Shown here piece by piece: positions 20,801-64,000 of a stretch of DNA of 64,000 nt (its first letter is position 1; each line of letters begins with the position of its first letter). The stretch lies in assembly GCA_012295275.1 (NCBI GenBank), contig CM022677.1, positions 22,072,001 through 22,136,000 on the forward strand, read 5' to 3'. The notes beneath the pieces were generated by a model. It made no database searches and had not been told where the DNA came from. It saw nothing but the letters and a program-made list of their open reading frames with translations. The DNA is from Chrysomallon squamiferum. Its lineage: Eukaryota; Animalia; Mollusca. Made by a program: the position numbers and the translations under genes.

Positions 20801-23679
20801 TTAAAAATAATGTCTTCGCAACACTTTTGGTAATCAGCTATGCAATTATGAATGATGTTAATGACGTAATAATACTAAATTTTAGAAATGACGTCGTACT
20901 AATATTCAGAAAAAGGTTTAATTGCACTATTCGTGTGTTTTTTTTTTTTTATCTTTTCGACAAATGACACGTGTCGTAGATTACAAGTCCAGCTAAGATA
21001 GCTTTTAAATGCAATACAAGTAAAAAAGAAAACGAACATTAAAAATAACTGAAACGATCGCAATGGGTCCTAAAAATGCGTGCTTTGATTTTAACTTTTG
21101 TAATTTCTTAAATGATATTTTTGATTCTGTTAGTGATCAAACTGAGGATAAAAAAATTAATGAAAGATAATACACTTTTTAAATATGAATATTCCGTTCC
21201 AACCTCCACAAATATGTGAATGTTTGTGTGCACGTGAAATATATTCTGTAATGAAGTTGATAAATAAAAAATAATGTTCATTAAAGCAGCTATAGTAGAT
21301 GTCTGTCTGTATGTACATGCATGAATCTGTATGTATGTGTCTAGTCAGTATGTACTATATATGTATACACACAAACACTAACAACAAATTTTTCTGTGTG
21401 CGTATGTGTCTATACACATCTGTGAATGTAGCTGAATGTTCATTCGGATATGTGAAGGAGTAGAAATTGCAACAAAACCAAGCCTTATCGAAAGCTGTTA
21501 CTTTTTTTTTTGGTCGCCTTTTACAAATATTCTCGAAATACCGTTGACAGGCTCTCCCACACCCTGTACCTGACTGAAAATAAACAATCAATTATTCTCA
21601 GTAAAAGACAACAAGGCTGCAAGATGACAGAACCAGACATGAGATCTAAAACAATCTAGCTCATGCTCATCTGGTACAATGCTCTACCCCTCAGGAAACG
21701 TTTATGTCTTGGTCTGCTTTAACGAAGTTAGTTTAATTTAGCAAAGACTGTGTCCAGATTAGCGTGCATTAAACATACTGTTATCGGTAAAGTTATGAAA
21801 CAGTTTAAATACAAGACTTCGTACTACAGATAGATAGACAGACAGACAGACAGACACAGATATATATGGTATTTCATCGTCTGTTTGAATCAAATAAATC
21901 TTTTATATAATCCATACGCATTTTATGTTATTTCAGATGTATAGTTTATGGCATTTCAATCATAAGTCTGAATCCATATAAAACTTTGTATAAGATTTCA
22001 AATAACAAGTATAAGTCATATAAAACTAATGACTTTTCAGAGATATAACATGGTTTAACACGATGCATTTGATTTCCATATAAAATATACATCATAATAT
22101 TTCAGACATGAGATATAGTTTATCATCATAACTAATGTTAAAATCAAAATAACAACTCTAGACTTAGAATATATATCACATTTGGTGTTGGTATTTTGAT
22201 AGTAAGTAAACACAAAACGCGTGCTTTAAACTTTGTCTACAGAAGAATGACTGATCAGAGTTGAATATTATTTTTGAAGTTTTTGATATTCAGTAACCAC
22301 GAAATACGTGCTTTAACACTGATTATTCATTAACGTAAGAATTTGTGAAGAAATTGACAATATGACCGTTATTTTTTTTTTTTTTTTGCATTAGTTGTTA
22401 TAAACACAAAATACAAAAACTGAATAATGATTAAAATTCAGATGATGTTAATTTTTGATGTTCTTATTTTGAGATAAAGTAACCACGAAATGCGTGCATT
22501 TACATTAGCTATCAATACAAGAACCATGATAAAAAAAAAAGAGTTAAATTTAAATAACAACAATATTTTGGTAAAGTGAAAATATTCCTGTTATTTATTT
22601 GCTGCCGAGGAAATCCTACTTTAACCCCAAATACTAAAAATAAACTTATGGGTAAAGAAATGTTATATTTATAGCCAAATGCAAACATATGGATGCATTT
22701 GTAAATGTATGTGTGTGTGTGTGCATTACTGTTGTGTCAATGTATTTGTATAAATAGCAATATTTTGTTTTAATGGTGCATGATACGTTTTTGTCACAAC
22801 AAGCGTACTTAAACCTCTTTTCGAATATTAGCAAGAGAACTGGTTGATAATGAGATGAGTATGCTATACACTATTAGAAATCCTTTTTTTTTTTTCTCAG
22901 TATTATACATTTTGTTACCAGACCGTGGTAAAGATACTTAAAAAACCCACCCAAAACAAACCTTAGAAGAAAATGAAAATAAATCATATTTATCAGAATA
23001 TTATTATCTTTACTATATACTATTATTGTTACCGATGCTATCTTTCTTATTCTTCTTATTAATGCTATGGAAATTACTATATCATTATTGCACTATTTGT
23101 GTTCTTATTATTAATGTACCTATACTATCATTACTATCCTACTATTGTTAGTCATATTACTATTCACTATCATTACAATACTTTTTTCAGTTCTTCTTGT
23201 TATCTAGCACGTTATTTTAACTAAATCGAATTCTCATTACAAACATTAAATGGATTTAAAATCAGACACAGTCAAGTTGAAATTCGCTTGCAATACTGAA
23301 CATAGGGAAATCAAACGTTACAACATGCATAAGACCATCATTAACCAACAATTCAAGTTTGACTCTGTTGTAAAGTTAATTAGAGGCACTGAACTCACAC
23401 AAGTTTACAAGTTTACAAAAAGAAGTGTAAATAAATAAATAAAATTCTTATGAAAACTAGTAAACACGACTTCAAAAGCACAAAGAAACATAATTACGAA
23501 AAAGCAATCCAAATTTGGATTAAAACCACGACTCAGTCTTTTGTAGCAATTTAAAACAGCAGCACGAATCACATTTGTTTTGTTTGTTGTTCGTTTTAAA
23601 TACGATTTGCAAAACACACAACAGTCAATGACGTGAAATGATTTGGTAATATTCATAATTATATTACAGTAATATTTCA

Positions 23680-23735
<56 letters not shown>

Positions 23736-23864
23736 TTTAACAACAACACGTGAGAAAAAAAAAAGGGTTAAGTCTAAATGCACCATAGAAGAAATGTAAC
23801 TGCAAAATATCTCTAAAAACAGCCAGTCAAAATATCTCGTCTTTCTCACAGTTTACAGGAAAAA

Positions 23865-24012
23865 AACCTCAGCCAATCAGAGCTCTGTTCACAGAAAAAA
23901 CAGCCAATCAGAGCTCTGTTCACAGAAAAAACAGCCAATCAGGGTCTCTGTTCACAGAAAAAACAGCCAATCAGAGCTCTGTTCACAATAAAAAACAGCC
24001 AATCAGAGTCTC
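23865..24012. repeat. 31-32 bp tandem repeat x5, each unit with an AGCCAATCAG CCAAT box
   Basis: AGCCAATCAG at 23871, 23902, 23933, 23965 and 23997. Confidence 0.92.
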
Positions 24013-24079
24013 TGTCTCTAGGATCACGTTCCTTCTTTCCTTTCGAATAAACGTTTCAGAAAACCATCCAAGTCGAATT

Positions 24080-62498
<38,419 letters not shown>

Positions 62499-62570
62499 TC
62501 TGCGAATCACTCAACATCCTAGAGTGGAAACCAGACAGTATATTAACTGTGTGTATTGTGAATACATGTT

Positions 62571-62608
<38 letters not shown>

Positions 62609-63630
62609 CAGTAATAATAACAGTAAAAATAACAGTAATAGTAATAATAAAAATAATAATAGTAATAATAACAGTAATAATAGTATATCTGCAGAGACTA
62701 TAAAAATAATGAAAGATCCAACATAACATAATATTTATTTTTCTTTCTTTCCCTCTTTCTTTCAGTCACTCTTATTCTCACTCTTTTTTATCTCTCCATC
62801 TTAGTCTCTCTGGGTGTATGTCAGTGAGATAAAGCATGTGAAAAAGAAAGTGAAAAAAAAAAAAAAAAAAAAGAAAAAAAAAGCTATGCATAAATATTTA
62901 TATTTGAACTTTCAGGTTTTCTTGTATTTATAAACACCTGAATTCTCAGATTTTTAAACATTCTGTTCTGTTCTAAACAATCTTAGACTGGGACAATTTC
63001 TCACAGAATCACCCTGGAATATTTAAAACCCACCCCACCCAAAGAATATCTCTCATTTACACACTCTTCACTGCATTTCTATCTTTCTAATAAACTTGGA
63101 GGAAATTTGTCTCTGTACCCCCCCCCACCAGTAAGTCTGTCTTTCTGTATCCTCAGGAATTCTGTCTTTCTACCCCCCATAACATATTTCTCTTTCTTCT
63201 CTGTAGAAAATACAGCTCCCTCTACTCTCCCCCCCCAATGAATCTCCTCCAACAACCCAATGGAATATTTCTCCCTTCACTCCCCACCCCCTTGAAATTT
63301 CTCCTTCCATCAAATATCTCATTCTACAAGCATATTTCTCCTTTACTCCCCCCATCAAATATGTCTCCACCTCCTCCCCCCAGGTAATGTTTTCCCCTCC
63401 ACTCCCAGTTTTCTGAGCAAGCTTCCTGTGAGTTAATGGCATGAAGAACTCAATTTATTTGTGAATAACAAAATAACTGGAATCTAACAAAAATGCGTCA
63501 CTGGTGATGAAATATTGACAGACTTTGCATCTTTTTATTCATTTCTCAAGAAAAATGATAAAGAAAAGCAACATGCATAAAAAAGAAGAAATAAAAAAAA
63601 TTACTACAAAAGTTAATTTCTGGGTGAGAT

Positions 63631-63686
<56 letters not shown>

Positions 63687-64000
63687 CTCTCATAAATTGG
63701 AAAGAAATTGAAGATGATAGTATCAAATCTCTATACAAATTACTCAATATTCTGACAGAAAAAAAAAAAGAAGAAAAAAAAGGAGTTGCAAAATACTTGT
63801 CATTAGTTTGATATAAAAATTGATTTACCATTAGATAATTCAATAGAAAAAAAGTGAAAAAAAAGAAAAAAAGTTAAATCAATAAAATCAATCATGAATC
63901 ATAGTATGGATTAAATTCAATTAATTATGAGAAAAATTAATTTTTTAGGTCCTGATTTATATAAAAAAAAAAAAAATAAAAAAATCCAGCAACCAGAATA

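Overview
AT-rich, microsatellite-dense animal genomic DNA; it looks invertebrate, possibly mollusc-like (inference only). I found three multi-exon genes, all on the minus strand, reconstructed by hand from GT/AG sites and exon phases. (1) A calpain-5-like gene (4307 to the window edge, 3' end missing) whose catalytic Cys is replaced by Thr and catalytic His by Lys, so it is a probable pseudoprotease. (2) An unrecognised ~440-aa coiled-coil/acidic gene (19510..13850). (3) A full-length APC (adenomatous polyposis coli) gene (62498..24080, roughly 3,450-3,500 aa) with N-terminal oligomerisation coil, ARM repeats, 15-aa/20-aa beta-catenin repeats, 3 SAMP repeats and a C-terminal VTTV PDZ motif. 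APC carries four apparent 1-bp deletions, most likely consensus errors. The most unusual pattern is that several intronic tandem repeats are built from the exon-intron junction itself: duplicated donors, duplicated acceptors, and an array of whole AG...GT microexon copies. Other notable signals are a candidate acidic alternative first exon of APC, a 13-unit LxKxxSxxxL phosphosite array in the APC tail, and five helically phased CCAAT boxes just 3' of the APC stop. Most listed short ORFs are microsatellite artefacts. No RNA genes, CRISPR arrays or recognisable transposase/RT ORFs were seen.
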